Shown here one piece after another: positions 62,949-64,000 of a stretch of DNA of 64,000 nt. How positions within the stretch are numbered: the stretch's first letter is position 1; each line of letters starts with the position of its first letter. Source of the DNA: an uncultured Gemmatimonadales bacterium (GTDB taxonomy: Bacteria > Gemmatimonadota > Gemmatimonadetes > Gemmatimonadales > GWC2-71-9). Where the stretch lies: assembly GCA_963850655.1 (NCBI GenBank), contig CAWKMI010000002.1, positions 71,404-135,403 on the forward strand. Direction: 5' to 3'. A program made the position numbers and the translations under genes. The notes beneath the pieces are model-generated. The model searched no databases, was not told where the DNA came from, and saw only the letters and a list, made by a program, of their open reading frames with translations.

Positions 62949-64000
62949 GAGGTCACCGCGAGGGTGTGACGATGGCCACGCACGGCGAAGTGCAGGACCA
63001 CGAGGTAGCAGAGCACCGGAATCCAGAACGCTGTCTGGATCCCGCTGGCGTCGGAGATTGCCCCCATCAGCGCCGGGATGATCGCCCCACCGACGATGCT
63101 CATCACCACCAGTGACGAGCCAAGCTTGGTATCGTCGCCCAGGCCGTCGATGGCGAGGGCAAAGATGGTCGGGAACTGGATGGCGTGAAACGCGCCGAGG
63201 AGCACCACCATCCACACGGCAGCCGTGCCGGATCCGGTGGCGGCAAATGCCGCAGCCCCTATGCCAAGTACGGCCGTGCCGGCGAGCATCTTCGGCGGGG
63301 CAACCTGCTTCATCAGCATCGACCCGACGATCCGCCCGATCAGGAATCCTGCCTGGTGCCACTGCAGGTAGTAGGCGGCGCTGCGTCTCGTGCACCCCGG
63401 GAATGGCGTGCTGCGCGAAGCGAATCACGAACGCAGGCGACCCCGATCTGGGCGCCGACATAGCAGAACTGGGCCAGCACTCCCCGGCGCAGGTGAGCGT
63501 GCTGCCACGCCCCGCGCAACCCGCGCCGCCGTGCCAGTGCCCGGCTCATGCACCTCGGGAAGCTTGGCCCGCGCGATGATCACGCCGATGACCAGGAAGA
63601 AGATGGCGATGATCAGGTAGGGGAGGCGGACGCCGCCGGCTTCGGTCGCGCGCCAGCTTTCGATGGCGGCCGGGGTCATCGTGGCGAGGTCGGCCGGCGT
63701 GTGCTCGACACCAGAGAGAATGAACCGGGCGCCGAGGATCGGCGTGAGCACTGGCGCCGAGGGCATTGAATGTCTGTGCCGTGTTCAGTCGGCGCGCCGC
63801 CGAGGGGACGGGGCCGAGGATGGTGACGTATGGGTTGGCGGCCACCTCGAGCACGCACTGGCCGCATGCCATCACGAACAGGGCCAGCAGGAAGAAGGGA
63901 TACCATCGCGAGGCGGCGGCCGGCTGGAAGAGCAGCACCCCGAAGGCGCAGATGACCAGGCCCACCATGATGCCGTTTCGGTACCCGATCCGGCGCATGA
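62945..64000 (-). pseudogene. fucP: L-fucose:H+ symporter permease (MFS), 5' end outside the window, at least four apparent frameshifts
   Basis: Conserved FucP segments are spread over four frames: ...LEVAANPYVTILGP..RLNTAQTFNALGA / PVLTPILGARFILSGV...LPYLIIAIFFLVIGVIIARAKLPEV / ...GVLAQFCYVGAQIGVA / SFVIRFAQHAIPGVHETQ / AAYYLQWHQAGFLIGRIVGSMLMK...IPALMGAISD.... Junctions near 63758, 63500-63548, 63437 and 63380. Confidence 0.8.

Overview
High-GC (roughly two-thirds G+C) bacterial chromosomal window containing the canonical replication-origin neighbourhood. The origin genes are dnaN<-dnaA | rpmH->rnpA->yidD->yidC, with parB-parA and a near-consensus parS about 32 kb away, plus rnpB (RNase P RNA) and polA. 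The gene content (GWxTD lipoprotein, bacilliredoxin in a suf operon, TolB-like beta-propeller lipoproteins, many TAT/lipoprotein signals) suggests a Gemmatimonadota-like organism, but this is low-confidence inference.

Other content, in order:
- GH20 hexosaminidase, DUF1080, nucleoside permease and cutC.
- A periplasmic sugar-oxidation module: Gfo/Idh/MocA, a GMC flavoprotein with its TAT small subunit, and a TIM-barrel isomerase.
- A NatAB-like ABC-2 exporter.
- A complete sufR-sufBCDSU operon extended by a bacilliredoxin and a small unknown ORF.
- A PlpD-like patatin/Omp85 fusion, ferredoxin, RNase D, an MMPL transporter, a Ser/Thr kinase and pyrE.
- mtgA, M28 and M1 peptidases, and a fucP-rhaM-lutABC cluster that runs off the right edge.

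I found no rRNA, tRNA, CRISPR array, transposase, integrase, prophage or recognisable defence island, so I cannot point to a convincing novel multi-gene system.

The most unusual observations are:
1. An abrupt block from 49.2 to 64 kb, with smaller patches at 32.8-33.0 and 39.2-39.9 kb. Almost every gene in it, including the essential dnaA, dnaN, rnpA, yidC and polA, needs one to six frame switches to give the conserved protein. The preceding 32 kb and the 40-49 kb stretch are intact.
2. Short islands of very rare A/T-ending codons inside otherwise GC-rich genes.
3. A 74% A+T element with (TAG)5 in the dnaA-dnaN spacer, a candidate DNA-unwinding element.

All coordinates of starts and frame junctions were derived by hand from the ORF track and the sequence, and are approximate to a few nucleotides. 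Many long ORFs in the track are antisense shadows typical of high-GC DNA and were ignored.
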